DNA from: an uncultured Oscillospiraceae bacterium
Lineage (GTDB): Bacteria; Bacillota; Clostridia; Oscillospirales; Acutalibacteraceae
NCBI GenBank assembly: GCA_958448165.1
Contig: CAUDCW010000004.1
Location: 63,130 to 127,129, forward strand
Length of the DNA stretch: 64,000 nucleotides
Reading direction: 5' to 3'
A model generated the notes under the pieces. That model was given only the letters and a program-made list of their open reading frames with translations, had not been told where the DNA came from and made no database searches. This document shows positions 9,925 through 19,105 of this stretch, piece after piece. A program made the translations under genes and the position numbers. The number at the start of each line of letters is the position of its first letter. Within the stretch, counting starts at the first letter, position 1.

Positions 9925-10050
9925 ATAAGGTATGCATACCTGATATGCATACCTAAAGTTTACATTAATTCCTACGTTGGCATTATCCAAATCAGGTTTA
10001 TGGGTCGAAGCCGAACTTCCTCTCAGCCAAAAAAGCTCCCCGTATTCTAT
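9925..10050 (-). ncRNA. TPP (THI-box) riboswitch in the thiC leader
   Basis: Reverse strand reads ...GGGGAGC...GGCTGAGAGG...AACCTGATTTGGATAATGCCAACGTAGGAA..., matching the conserved CUGAGA and ACCUGAUnUGGAUAAUGCCAnCGUAGGAA cores. Followed by AGGTATGCATACCT hairpins (expression platform) before the thiC RBS. Confidence 0.85.
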
Positions 10051-10087
10051 TTATTCTTACTCTATCATTTTAGTATGAATTTGTCAA

Positions 10088-10131
10088 TAAAAAAAGACTG
10101 CGGCAAAGCGGATTGACCGCAATTGCCGCAG
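10088..10131 (-). terminator. Rho-independent terminator of the L,D-transpeptidase gene
   Basis: Minus-strand hairpin CTGCGGCAA...TTGCCGCAG followed by TCTTTTTTTATTG. Confidence 0.6.
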
Positions 10132-10141
10132 GAAAGAACTG

Positions 10142-11239
10142 CTAATATCCGTATTCTTCGGGTGTGTCGCTGCTGTAATAGTCGGTTGAGCTATCGTAGT
10201 CATAATTGCCGTCACTGTCAGAGGATGTGTAGTCGGGCGAATAATCCGATGTGTCGCCGTCGGGGTCGTCATAGTCGCTTGGCTGCGAATCAGTCGCTAT
10301 TATGGTGTCAGGCGTAGTTTCAAGCTCATACCCGTTGTCGCCTGCCGAATAGTAGCTCTGCACAGAGCCGCTGATAACTACCGGAGTGCCGATTGAGATG
10401 TTCTCGTATATTTTTTTCATTGCGTCAAGCGGTGTGTTGATGCAGCCGTTTGAACCGCTGTAGGTGTAAATATCGCCGCCGTAGCCGGTGTCGCGCCAAG
10501 GGGAATCGTGCATACCGATGTCGTTTGAAAGGTTGATTCCGACCCAGTATTCGGTTGTTACGTCCCATGTCGGGCCGACAAGATGTGCGGGAGCAGCCAT
10601 TGTCCTGACTTCAAAATAACCCGTCGGGGTGTCGCAGGCGCCGGCTGTGCCGGTAACAACCGGTGTTTCTACAATCAGCTTGTTGTTTTTATAGAACCAG
10701 AGCGTCTGCTTGTCAATGTCAATGTGAACATAAGTATCGCCGACGTCATAACCGTCAATCTGCTGGCTTTCAATGCAGGTTACGGATTTGTCGGTTGATT
10801 CGCCGTAAACGGTCTTACAGCCTGCCCTAGAATTATAGGGCTTTATCCTGAAATAGTATGTATCGCCCGGGGTAAGCTCCTGTGTTTCGTATTCAAGCTG
10901 GTTTGTTGATACAAGGTGGTCATAGCCTGAGCCGTCCTTTGACATATACACCTCGTAACCCGTTGCATTTTCCGCCTTGCTCCAGCTCAGCTTGATTTTT
11001 CTTTTGTCCGAGCTTAAATCAAGCTTAACGGCAGACGGTGCCGCAAGCTCCTCTCCGTCAGAATTTACCGAGTTTGAAGCCACCATGATAGCGCCCTCGT
11101 TCTGAGTGCTGCAGCAGGCGGTCAGCAAAACGGTAAAAGAAATAACGGCTATCAGCAAAAAAAGAGTCCGAAAAACAGCTGCGGATTTTTTGCCGCCGAA
11201 ATAAAAAACCTTCCTATCCTTCTTCATAAAATTCACCAA
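10142..11239 (-). CDS. L,D-transpeptidase (YkuD domain) with fibronectin-III-like domain and acidic Asp/Ser/Tyr-rich C-terminal tail; probable lipoprotein
   Basis: Catalytic region GMHDSPWRDTGYGGDIYTYSGSNGCINTP (His...Cys of YkuD). FN3-like SWSKAENATGYEVY. N-terminal TM with LLTAC lipobox-like site. C-terminal DYDDPDGDTSDYSPDYTSSDSDGNYDYDSS. Confidence 0.8.
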   Translation of the reverse strand: MVNFMKKDRKVFYFGGKKSAAVFRTLFLLIAVISFTVLLTACCSTQNEGAIMVASNSVNSDGEELAAPSAVKLDLSSDKRKIKLSWSKAENATGYEVYMSKDGSGYDHLVSTNQLEYETQELTPGDTYYFRIKPYNSRAGCKTVYGESTDKSVTCIESQQIDGYDVGDTYVHIDIDKQTLWFYKNNKLIVETPVVTGTAGACDTPTGYFEVRTMAAPAHLVGPTWDVTTEYWVGINLSNDIGMHDSPWRDTGYGGDIYTYSGSNGCINTPLDAMKKIYENISIGTPVVISGSVQSYYSAGDNGYELETTPDTIIATDSQPSDYDDPDGDTSDYSPDYTSSDSDGNYDYDSSTDYYSSDTPEEYGY

Positions 11240-11433
11240 GATGCTTTCGTTAAATAATAGTTAGATTATAGCATATGTTTTTTGCAAATAAAAGCATAAT
11301 TTTAAGATTTATGGAAAATATATGAATTAATTTGTCGCTTGACTGTCCGCAAGCGCAAAATACCGAAAAAGAGAATTCCGCAATGTCGGCGGGACATTAC
11401 GGAAGCTTGTCTTAGATTATTATTTTAAGTTTG

Positions 11434-11880
11434 TTATATCGAATAGTTGTCAAAGCCGGATTCGTTCTGCCTGTCAATCAGATCCTGCAGGGTAATGCCG
11501 TCCAGATAGTCTGTCATTACCTTATAAAGACCCTTCCACATATCAAGCGTAATACATTCTCCGCTTCTTTCGCAGCGGTTAGGCTCCTGCTCAAGACAGG
11601 CAACAGGGGCAATGCCGCCCTCGGTTGTGCGGAGAATATCGCCGACGGTATAGCAGTCAGGCGATTTTGAGAGCATATATCCGCCCTGATATCCTCTGTT
11701 GGTTTGCAGAAAGTCGGCGCTGTTCAGAAGCGGTACAATCTGCTCAAGATATTTTTTTGAAACTCCCTGTCTTTTTGCAACATCCTTTAAAGCCACATAT
11801 CCGCTGTTTCCGTGTATTGCAAGGTCAAGCATCATTCGCAGTGCATAACGACCTTTTGTTGAAATCTTCATTGGATTCAC
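11434..11880 (-). CDS. Rrf2-family transcriptional regulator (IscR/CymR-like, three-Cys cluster motif)
   Basis: MKISTKGRYALRMMLDLA wHTH; CLEQEPNRCERSGEC cysteine triad typical of Fe-S-binding Rrf2 regulators. Confidence 0.85.
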   Translation of the reverse strand: MNPMKISTKGRYALRMMLDLAIHGNSGYVALKDVAKRQGVSKKYLEQIVPLLNSADFLQTNRGYQGGYMLSKSPDCYTVGDILRTTEGGIAPVACLEQEPNRCERSGECITLDMWKGLYKVMTDYLDGITLQDLIDRQNESGFDNYSI

Positions 11881-12076
11881 CTCTTTTTACATTATATCAC
11901 ATATTTTGCAGTAAAAGCAACATATTTTGTTCTGCGCTTACGGTTAAATTGTGTATATTAAGTCGATATTGACGGAATTGCTGTTTAAAGCTCATTTTTA
12001 AATTTGACGGCGCACGGTACGGTGTTATATTATTTGTATAGAAAAATTCGTTTGTCTGAACACAAAATACTTTTGA

Positions 12077-12865
12077 ATTTTACAACTCTGTAACAACCGT
12101 GTTGAAATAAAAAGCAGTGACGAGCTTGGTCAGCTTGCAAAAAGCTTTAATCATATGGCTGAGTCGGTTGAGAAAAATATGATAAGCCTGAAAAAATCGG
12201 CGGAGGACAAGCAACAGTTTATAGATGATCTGGCGCACGAGATGAAAACGCCGATTACGTCGGTCATAGGCTATTCGGAGTACCTTAAAAATACCAACAG
12301 CAGCAAGGAAAATCAGATTATTGCACTGGAACATCTGAGCGATTCAATGCATAGATTGCAGAACCTTTCCTCGCAACTGCTTAAATTAACGCTTCTCAGA
12401 GAGAAAGAAGTTGAATTCAAGCGGATAGAAGCCGCTCACTTGCTTGATGAGCTGTCGGCAACAATGAAGCCAAGCCTTGATACACGCAATATAAAATTGC
12501 GGACAGAAGCAACGATTGAATATATCGTCGGTGACGAAGCCCTGCTGTTATCCTTGCTTACAAATCTTGTCGAAAATGCGGCGAGAGCGTCAAAAAGCGG
12601 AGATTGTGTTACAGTCAGAGTGTATAAAGGCGGGTCTGCTGTTATAGAAGTTGAGGACTGCGGAATCGGAATGGAGCAGGAGGAAATAGAAAAAATAACC
12701 GCCCCGTTTTACAGAATTGATAAGTCCCGTTCACGTCAGTTCGGCGGAGTAGGACTCGGAATGAGCATTGTCAGCAGAATTGCGGCACTGCACAATGCAC
12801 GTCTTGAAATCAAGTCTGAAAAAGGAAAAGGAACGGTTGTGAGAATAATTTTTACAACTTTATAA
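12077..12865 (+). pseudogene. N-terminally truncated histidine kinase (only the HAMP end, HisKA and HATPase remain; no sensor/TM domain, no start codon until 12155)
   Basis: Frame opens right after a stop at 12074-12076 as ILQLCNNRVEIKSSDELGQLAKSFNHMAESVE (HAMP tail). H-box LAHEMKTPITSV and G-box GGVGLGMSIV are intact. First ATG is at 12155; upstream is non-coding. Confidence 0.55.
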
Positions 12866-12932
12866 TAAGTCAGTAGCCACTGCAAAACATTTCGGCTTTA
12901 TTATGATTGCAAAATGAAAGGTGGTTTTATTA

Positions 12933-13565
12933 ATGAAAAAGACTGTTGCAGTGTCAGTGTTTGTTCTTGTGTTGGGTTTGGCGGCGGTTTTGAACTTTGT
13001 CGTGTTTCCCAATATATTAAGTGCGGCACCGGAATCGGGCAAAATCAAAAGCGTTCCGAATGAGTCTGTAAATATTGAAAAAACAAACGAGTTACTCAAC
13101 AATGTTATTTCTGAAAAGAAAGCAATTCAGCTTGCGCTTGATAAAGCGCACGATTTGCCCGGGGTAAGCGAGGATTTCGACTTTGAAAGCGCATCGGTTC
13201 ACGCCGAATATATGAACGGAGAAGCCCCGACTGATACGCCGAAATGGTATGTCGTTTTCCTGATAAGGCAAGAGGATTATATCGAGCAAATGCCCAACGA
13301 AATTACACCCGATATGATTGATGAGCTTGCGTGGGAAAAGGGCTTGGTATGGATGCAGGACGGCAAAATCTTTGCGCACTATGATTTTAAGGATGATTTT
13401 GTTGTCGTCGGTATTAATGCAATTTCGGGTGAAATTATATATAATAAATATTTATGTTCATATGACGAGCACGATGAAATGGATATATTTGAGAAGTGGA
13501 AAGAGGTTTACGGTGTGGATATTCAGTTGAGCGATTTTGAAAATGCGGAAGATACATCAGAGTAA
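12933..13565 (+). CDS. Secreted hypothetical protein (signal peptide; PepSY-like)
   Basis: AAAGGTGG RBS then MKKTVAVSVFVLVLGLAAVL signal sequence. No catalytic motif recognised. Confidence 0.5.
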   Translation: MKKTVAVSVFVLVLGLAAVLNFVVFPNILSAAPESGKIKSVPNESVNIEKTNELLNNVISEKKAIQLALDKAHDLPGVSEDFDFESASVHAEYMNGEAPTDTPKWYVVFLIRQEDYIEQMPNEITPDMIDELAWEKGLVWMQDGKIFAHYDFKDDFVVVGINAISGEIIYNKYLCSYDEHDEMDIFEKWKEVYGVDIQLSDFENAEDTSE

Positions 13566-14125
13566 TCAGGCTTTTTCTGCATCTTTTCAAGCTTCCTCTT
13601 AAGCTCTGCAATCGGTAAGCCGACTACATTGTAGTAATCGCCGGTTATCCCTTTGACAAGCACAGCGCCCTTCCCCTGAATACCGTATGCGCCTGCCTTG
13701 TCCATCGGCTCGCCTGTTTCAACATATGCCTTGATTTCGTCCTTTGTCAGAGTGTAAAACTCGACCTCTGTTTCCTGCGAAAAGGATAAAACCCTGTCCT
13801 TATAAAATATCGCACAGCCTGTGATAACCTTGTGCTTTCTGCCCGAGAGCATTTCAAGGATTTCGCAGGCTTCATCTTTTGTTTTTGGCTTGCCGAGCAT
13901 AAGACTGTCAATAAACACGCCTGTGTCACAGCCGATGACAATATCGTCATAGTGCTTGCAGTGTATGTGTCCTGCCTTTTTAAGCGCAAGATATCCGGGT
14001 GTTTTTTCAAGCGGAATATCCTCGGTTACTGCCTCGTCTATGTCGGCAGGCTCAACTGTAAAGCTGTCACAGATTAGCGACAAAAGCTCCTGCCTGCGAG
14101 GAGATGCCGATGCAAGAATTATCAT
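13523..14125 (-). CDS. maf: Maf-like nucleoside triphosphate pyrophosphatase / septum formation protein
   Basis: MIILASASPRRQELL... is the canonical Maf N-terminus. Confidence 0.85.
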   Translation of the reverse strand: MIILASASPRRQELLSLICDSFTVEPADIDEAVTEDIPLEKTPGYLALKKAGHIHCKHYDDIVIGCDTGVFIDSLMLGKPKTKDEACEILEMLSGRKHKVITGCAIFYKDRVLSFSQETEVEFYTLTKDEIKAYVETGEPMDKAGAYGIQGKGAVLVKGITGDYYNVVGLPIAELKRKLEKMQKKPDYSDVSSAFSKSLN

Positions 14126-14142
14126 ATTAACCCTCCGTAATA

Positions 14143-15099
14143 TTACTTCATCACAAAATGAACGTTCTCAGCCTCAAATTCCCTGCCGTTTAAATAGTCA
14201 AGCACACCGCCGCTTTCCTTAAAATCAAACTTAAGCTTATAAGCATACAGCGCCTGATACTTGTACGGACTGTTTTCGTTCTCTTTTTTGCCGTACTTTA
14301 AGTCGCCGCAAAGAGGGTGATTTATGCTTGCAAGGTGCGCTCTTATCTGGTGCGTTCTGCCTGTGATTAGCTCAACCTCTAAAAGCGAGGTGTTATCGGG
14401 GAGTTCCTCTAAAACACGGTACTTTGTTATCATACTTTTACTGCCATCGACAGGCTTTTTCAGCACCTTGACCTTGTTCTGCTTTTCGTTCTTAACCATA
14501 TAGCCGCTTAGGGTGTCCTCTTTAACGTCAAAAATCCCGTGAGCCACACAGAGATACAGCTTGATAATTTCACGGTTCTTGATTTTAAGGTTAAGCTCAC
14601 GCAGTGCCTCGGCGTTCTTTGCGCCGATAACAAGTCCGCCTGTGTTTCTGTCAATCCTGTTTGCAAAAGCAGGGGAGAAGCTCTGCTCGCTTTCGGGGTC
14701 GTATTCGCCCTTGCTGTAGAGATAGTGCTTCAGCCTTGTAACAAGGCTGTCAAAATGGTAGCTCTCGTCAGGGTGAACTATCACGCCCTGCTTTTTGTCA
14801 ACGATTATTATATTCTCGTCCTCATAAATTATGTCGAGCTGCTTTGGCGCTTTCATAAAGTCATACTGCTTTTTCTTCGGCTTCGCATCAAAGAATTCGT
14901 CCTTGATATACAGCGTGATAACGTCGCCCTCACAAAGCTTCAGCGCAATATCCGGCTTTTTGCCGTTTACCTTTATGCACTTTTTTCTTATATACATATA
15001 CATCATCGACTTGGGCATTGTCGTAAAATGCTTTGACAGGAATTTGTCAAGCCGCTGTCCCGAGTCGTTTTTATTTATTATAATTTCTCTCATAATCAC
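14143..15099 (-). CDS. RluA-family 23S rRNA pseudouridine synthase (RluD-like, N-terminal S4 domain)
   Basis: S4-like N-terminus QRLDKFLSKHF; catalytic RIDRNTGGLVIGAKN motif. Confidence 0.8.
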   Translation of the reverse strand: MIMREIIINKNDSGQRLDKFLSKHFTTMPKSMMYMYIRKKCIKVNGKKPDIALKLCEGDVITLYIKDEFFDAKPKKKQYDFMKAPKQLDIIYEDENIIIVDKKQGVIVHPDESYHFDSLVTRLKHYLYSKGEYDPESEQSFSPAFANRIDRNTGGLVIGAKNAEALRELNLKIKNREIIKLYLCVAHGIFDVKEDTLSGYMVKNEKQNKVKVLKKPVDGSKSMITKYRVLEELPDNTSLLEVELITGRTHQIRAHLASINHPLCGDLKYGKKENENSPYKYQALYAYKLKFDFKESGGVLDYLNGREFEAENVHFVMK

Positions 15100-15141
15100 C
15101 GTAAAAAGGCGAGTGCAGAAGCACTCGCCGCATTTTGTTTA

Positions 15142-15879
15142 TCAGTCTTCCATTTCCCAGTTGTGCCAAACATTCTGCACGTCGTCGTTGTCCTCAAGCA
15201 TATCAAGAAGCTTCTGCATCTTTGTCTGCTGCTCTTCATCGGCAAGCTTTGTGTATGTGTTCGGCACCATCTCGACCTCCGCTGACGCAAAGGTGTAGCC
15301 CTTGCCGCTTAAGTCTTCGTTTACACCCGAGAAATCGTCAGGCTCGGTGAAGATTTCAAATACATCGTCGTCAGCCTGAAAATCAGCCGCACCTGCCTCA
15401 AGTGCGTCCTCCATAACCTTGTCCTCGTCAAGGTCACATTCCTCACGGTCAATAACAAGAACACCCTTTTGCTCAAACATAAAGGTAACACAGCCCGGTG
15501 TGCCCATGTTGCCGCCGTTCTTGTCAAAGTAGTGGCGAACGTCAGCCGCTGTTCTGTTCTTGTTGTCTGTCAGAGTTTCAACTATAACGGCAATTCCGCC
15601 CGGACCGTAGCCTTCATATGTAATAGCCTCATAGTTGTTTGCGTTGCCCTCGCCGGACGCTTTCTTGATGATTCTTTCAATGTTGTCGTTAGGCACATTG
15701 TTAGCCTTTGCTTTTGCAATGCAGTCACGAAGCTTTGAATTTACCGTCGGGTCTGCACTGCCGCCGTCACGAACCGCAACGGCAAGCTCTCTGCCGATTT
15801 TTGTAAAAATCTTTGCTCTTGCGGCATCGTTCTTGCCTTTCTTCTGTTTGATTGTACTCCATTTATTATGTCCTGACAT
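15142..15879 (-). CDS. YebC/PmpR-family DNA-binding regulatory protein
   Basis: [31 protein letters not shown] is diagnostic of YebC. Confidence 0.9.
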   Translation of the reverse strand: MSGHNKWSTIKQKKGKNDAARAKIFTKIGRELAVAVRDGGSADPTVNSKLRDCIAKAKANNVPNDNIERIIKKASGEGNANNYEAITYEGYGPGGIAVIVETLTDNKNRTAADVRHYFDKNGGNMGTPGCVTFMFEQKGVLVIDREECDLDEDKVMEDALEAGAADFQADDDVFEIFTEPDDFSGVNEDLSGKGYTFASAEVEMVPNTYTKLADEEQQTKMQKLLDMLEDNDDVQNVWHNWEMED

Positions 15880-15969
15880 ATATGTTAATCCTCCCGAAAA
15901 ATTGTCACTGATTATTTTATCACATATTTTTTATCTTTGCAACTGTTGAAAAGTGTTGATTAAAGCGTT

Positions 15970-16965
15970 TTACAGCGTTCCGATTTCGCCGCATATGTTC
16001 ATTGTGAACAATCGGCGTGTTCTTTCCTTATCCTTGCTGACGCTGAGAAGCCACAAAAGCTTGCAGTATGCGCTTTCAAGCGTCATATCGCAGGCAGGGA
16101 TAATTCCAAGCCGCTCAATTCCGCTTGCGACTGCATATCTCGACGGAATTATAACACCGTGTCGGCATTGCGAGGTCATAACAAGCAACACGCCTTTTTG
16201 CGCGGCATATTCAACTGCGTTTTCCCATTCCTTGTCCGGCAGTCCTCCTGTGCCGTATGCACACAGCACAATGCCGTCATAGCCGCAGTCGGCACATTGT
16301 TTTATGATAGTGCCGTCGTCGCCTGGAGTGATGTTGACTGATGCGACTTTTGCGTTCAGCTTTGCGTCTGTAATAAGCGGCAAGCCGTCAATAAATAAAG
16401 CGGTGCGGCTTTCGCAAAAGAAATTTACCTTGCCGTCCTTTATCTGTCCTGCATATTCACGGTTTGCGGATATAAAGCCGTCGCTTATGCCTGTTTCCTC
16501 CTTGTATCCTCTTGTTCCGTAAATTATCCGTGTGCCGAACAGAATATATACTCCTGCAATATCACAGCAGGCGGCTTTTATTGCGTTTGAAAGGTTTGTC
16601 TGTGCGTCGCTGTTTTCTTCAAACATAGTTTTCTGCGAGCCTGTGATGATAATCGGCTTATTGATACGGCACAGCAGAAAAGACAGCATCGCTGCGGTGT
16701 ATGCAAGAGTGTCTGTGCCGTGTGTTATGACAAAGCCGTCATAAATATCCGCCTTGTCCGTTATCTCCTTGGCGATAAGCTCCCAGTGCTGCGGCTTTAC
16801 GGAGGTGCTGTCGATGAATAAAAGGTCACTGCACTCAATGCTGACTTCGTTTTCAATTGATATAAAATTAAGAAGCTCCTTGCCGTAAAGAGCGGGAGAA
16901 AGAGAGAGCGTACCGCTGCCGCACGAAATTGTGCCGCCGGTTGTAATAAGCAGTATTTTTTTCAT
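15970..16965 (-). CDS. ansA: L-asparaginase, type I
   Basis: MKKILLITTGGTISC threonine active-site motif; HGTDTLAYTAAML. The track ORF extends upstream to 17241, but the real start is the MKKILL ATG (complement of 16963-16965). Confidence 0.85.
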   Translation of the reverse strand: MKKILLITTGGTISCGSGTLSLSPALYGKELLNFISIENEVSIECSDLLFIDSTSVKPQHWELIAKEITDKADIYDGFVITHGTDTLAYTAAMLSFLLCRINKPIIITGSQKTMFEENSDAQTNLSNAIKAACCDIAGVYILFGTRIIYGTRGYKEETGISDGFISANREYAGQIKDGKVNFFCESRTALFIDGLPLITDAKLNAKVASVNITPGDDGTIIKQCADCGYDGIVLCAYGTGGLPDKEWENAVEYAAQKGVLLVMTSQCRHGVIIPSRYAVASGIERLGIIPACDMTLESAYCKLLWLLSVSKDKERTRRLFTMNICGEIGTL

Positions 16966-17154
16966 ACAACACCTCGCTGAAAAAAGCATAATACCATAAT
17001 ACAGGATTAAAGAGGTTTTATCAATATTTATTTTGCCCCGACGGAAAAATGTTAACACTTTTCCCTGCGAACAGCCCTTGCATTTGTTGTTAAGAAGTGA
17101 TAAAATTATCGTATATAAATTGGTGTACTGCGCCATAACGATAGGGATGATAAA

Positions 17155-18033
17155 ATGGTAAGGAGTATGACGGGCTTCGGCAGAAGTGAGCAGAAAGTTG
17201 ACGGACGTGAAATTACGGTTGAAATCAAGTCGGTTAATCACCGGTATTTTGAATTCGGCTGCCGTGTGTCAAGGGGTTATGCTTTTCTGGAGGAAAAATT
17301 AAAGGCGCATATTCAAAAGGCGGTTGCAAGGGGAAAGATTGATGTTTATGTATCTATAAGCGACTGCGATGAAAAGCAAGCTGAGGTGACGGTCAATCAT
17401 TCGCTTGCGGCAGGTTATGTTGCCGCGCTCAAGGAGCTTAAAGATACCTATGCACTCTCCGGCGAAATATCCGTAAGCGATATTACACGCTTTAACGATA
17501 TTTTCACCGTCCACAGAACCCCCGAGGACGAGGACGCAGTGTGGGCAAGTGTTCGCACCGTTCTTGACAGCGCACTCGAAAGCTTTATTGCAATGCGTGA
17601 GCAAGAGGGCGTCAAAATGAAGGAGGATATTCTTCTTCGCAGCAAAAGTATTCTGTCGCTTGTGTCAAGCGTTGAAGAAAAGTCGCCCGAAACCGTTGCT
17701 AAATACCGCCAGAAGCTTGAAGAAAGGCTTAAGGAGGTTTTAAACGGATTCAATATAGACGAGCAGAGGCTCCTCACCGAGGCGGCTATTTTTGCCGATA
17801 AGGTTGCCGTGGCAGAAGAAACGGTAAGACTTCGCAGTCATTTTGACCAGATGTTTCAGATGCTTGAAAGCGGCGAGGCAATAGGACGAAAGCTTGACTT
17901 TATTCTGCAGGAGATGAACCGTGAAACAAACACGATCGGCTCAAAGGTTCAGGACGCCGAGCTTGCACATATTGTTGTTGAAATCAAGGGCGAGCTTGAA
18001 AAAATCAGGGAACAGCTTCAGAACATTGAATAA
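17155..18033 (+). CDS. yicC: YicC-family stress-induced protein (B. subtilis yloC equivalent)
   Basis: [13 protein letters not shown]-terminus typical of YicC. Confidence 0.85.
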   Translation: MVRSMTGFGRSEQKVDGREITVEIKSVNHRYFEFGCRVSRGYAFLEEKLKAHIQKAVARGKIDVYVSISDCDEKQAEVTVNHSLAAGYVAALKELKDTYALSGEISVSDITRFNDIFTVHRTPEDEDAVWASVRTVLDSALESFIAMREQEGVKMKEDILLRSKSILSLVSSVEEKSPETVAKYRQKLEERLKEVLNGFNIDEQRLLTEAAIFADKVAVAEETVRLRSHFDQMFQMLESGEAIGRKLDFILQEMNRETNTIGSKVQDAELAHIVVEIKGELEKIREQLQNIE

Positions 18034-18047
18034 TCCGGGGTGAATTT

Positions 18048-18299
18048 ATGAGGCTAATTAATATCGGCTTTGGCAATCTCGTTTCCGCAGATAAAATAGT
18101 GGCTATTGTTTCGCCAGATTCCGCACCGATCAAGCGAATGGTGCAGGACGCAAAGGAGCAGGGAACGCTGGTTGACGCAACCTACGGCAGAAAGACAAAA
18201 TCGGTTATTATAACCGACTGCGATATGATTGTTCTGTCGGCAAAAACTGCGGAAAGCTTTGAAAATAAAAGTGCAAAGGTGGTAGATGACAATGGATAA
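18048..18299 (+). CDS. remA: RemA/YlzA (DUF370) biofilm/matrix regulatory protein
   Basis: [35 protein letters not shown] closely resembles B. subtilis RemA. Conserved position between yicC and gmk. Confidence 0.85.
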   Translation: MRLINIGFGNLVSADKIVAIVSPDSAPIKRMVQDAKEQGTLVDATYGRKTKSVIITDCDMIVLSAKTAESFENKSAKVVDDNG

Positions 18300-18894
18300 A
18301 AAGGGTCGGGCAATTATCATTTCCGGTCCGTCGGGCTCGGGCAAGGGTACAACCGTAAAGGCACTGCTTGAAGCAAGAGAGAATCTGAGGCTTTCAATTT
18401 CTGCGACAACACGCCTGCCAAGACCCGGCGAAGAGGACGGAGTGAATTATTTTTATATCACCCGTGAGGAATTCAATAATAAGATAGAAAACGGCGATAT
18501 GCTCGAATATGCCGCGTACTGCGACAATCTTTACGGTACGCCGAGGGAATATATCGAGCAGTGCATAAATAACGGCGAGGACATTATTCTTGAAATCGAG
18601 GTTCAGGGCGGTTCGCAGGTTAAAGCAAAAATGCCCGATGCAATTTCGATTTTCCTGATTCCGCCTGACAGAAAGTCGCTTGAAAAACGTCTGAGAGGCA
18701 GAGGAACAGAGCCCGAGGAGGTTATTCTTGATCGCCTTGCCCGATCCTATGAAGAGCTGGAATACGCCGACAAATACGACTATGTTGTTATCTGCGGCGA
18801 AATGGGTAAATGTGTAAGCGATATTCTGAATATCATAGACAGCGAAAAACTTAAAAGCGAATATATGCAGGATTATATAAAGGAGAATTTTTAA
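18286..18894 (+). CDS. gmk: Guanylate kinase
   Basis: P-loop [12 protein letters not shown] and gmk context. Confidence 0.9.
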   Translation: MTMDKKGRAIIISGPSGSGKGTTVKALLEARENLRLSISATTRLPRPGEEDGVNYFYITREEFNNKIENGDMLEYAAYCDNLYGTPREYIEQCINNGEDIILEIEVQGGSQVKAKMPDAISIFLIPPDRKSLEKRLRGRGTEPEEVILDRLARSYEELEYADKYDYVVICGEMGKCVSDILNIIDSEKLKSEYMQDYIKENF

Positions 18895-18895
18895 T

Positions 18896-19105
18896 ATGAA
18901 TATGATAAGACCTTCAATTGACGATATGCTGGCAAACAGAACAACAAGATACGCACTCGTTGTGGGTGTGGCAAAAAGAGCAAGAGAAATTGCCGCAGAG
19001 TTTGAAGCGGACGGCATTGTAACCGATAAAAAGCCTGTTCTGATGGCTGTTGAGGATTTCAAACAGCATCGCTACAGCATCCTTGAGCCGGACGTAGATG
19101 ACTGA
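18896..19105 (+). CDS. rpoZ: DNA-directed RNA polymerase subunit omega
   Basis: 69 aa; NRTTRYALVVGVAKRAREI is the RpoZ signature. Confidence 0.9.
   Translation: MNMIRPSIDDMLANRTTRYALVVGVAKRAREIAAEFEADGIVTDKKPVLMAVEDFKQHRYSILEPDVDD

Noticed and set aside
10056-10087. Precise -35/-10 assignment for the thiC riboswitch promoter (TTGACA on the minus strand at 10082-10087)
   Set aside because: A -35 hexamer is clear, but no well-spaced -10 could be assigned confidently. It is mentioned in context only and not listed as a feature.
15970-17241. 423-aa ORF on the minus strand suggesting a long N-terminal extension of the asparaginase
   Set aside because: The upstream 90 residues have no RBS or start context and read through intergenic DNA. 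The canonical MKKILLITTGGTIS start with the TTGTATGAAAAAAA context at 16965 is the real start.
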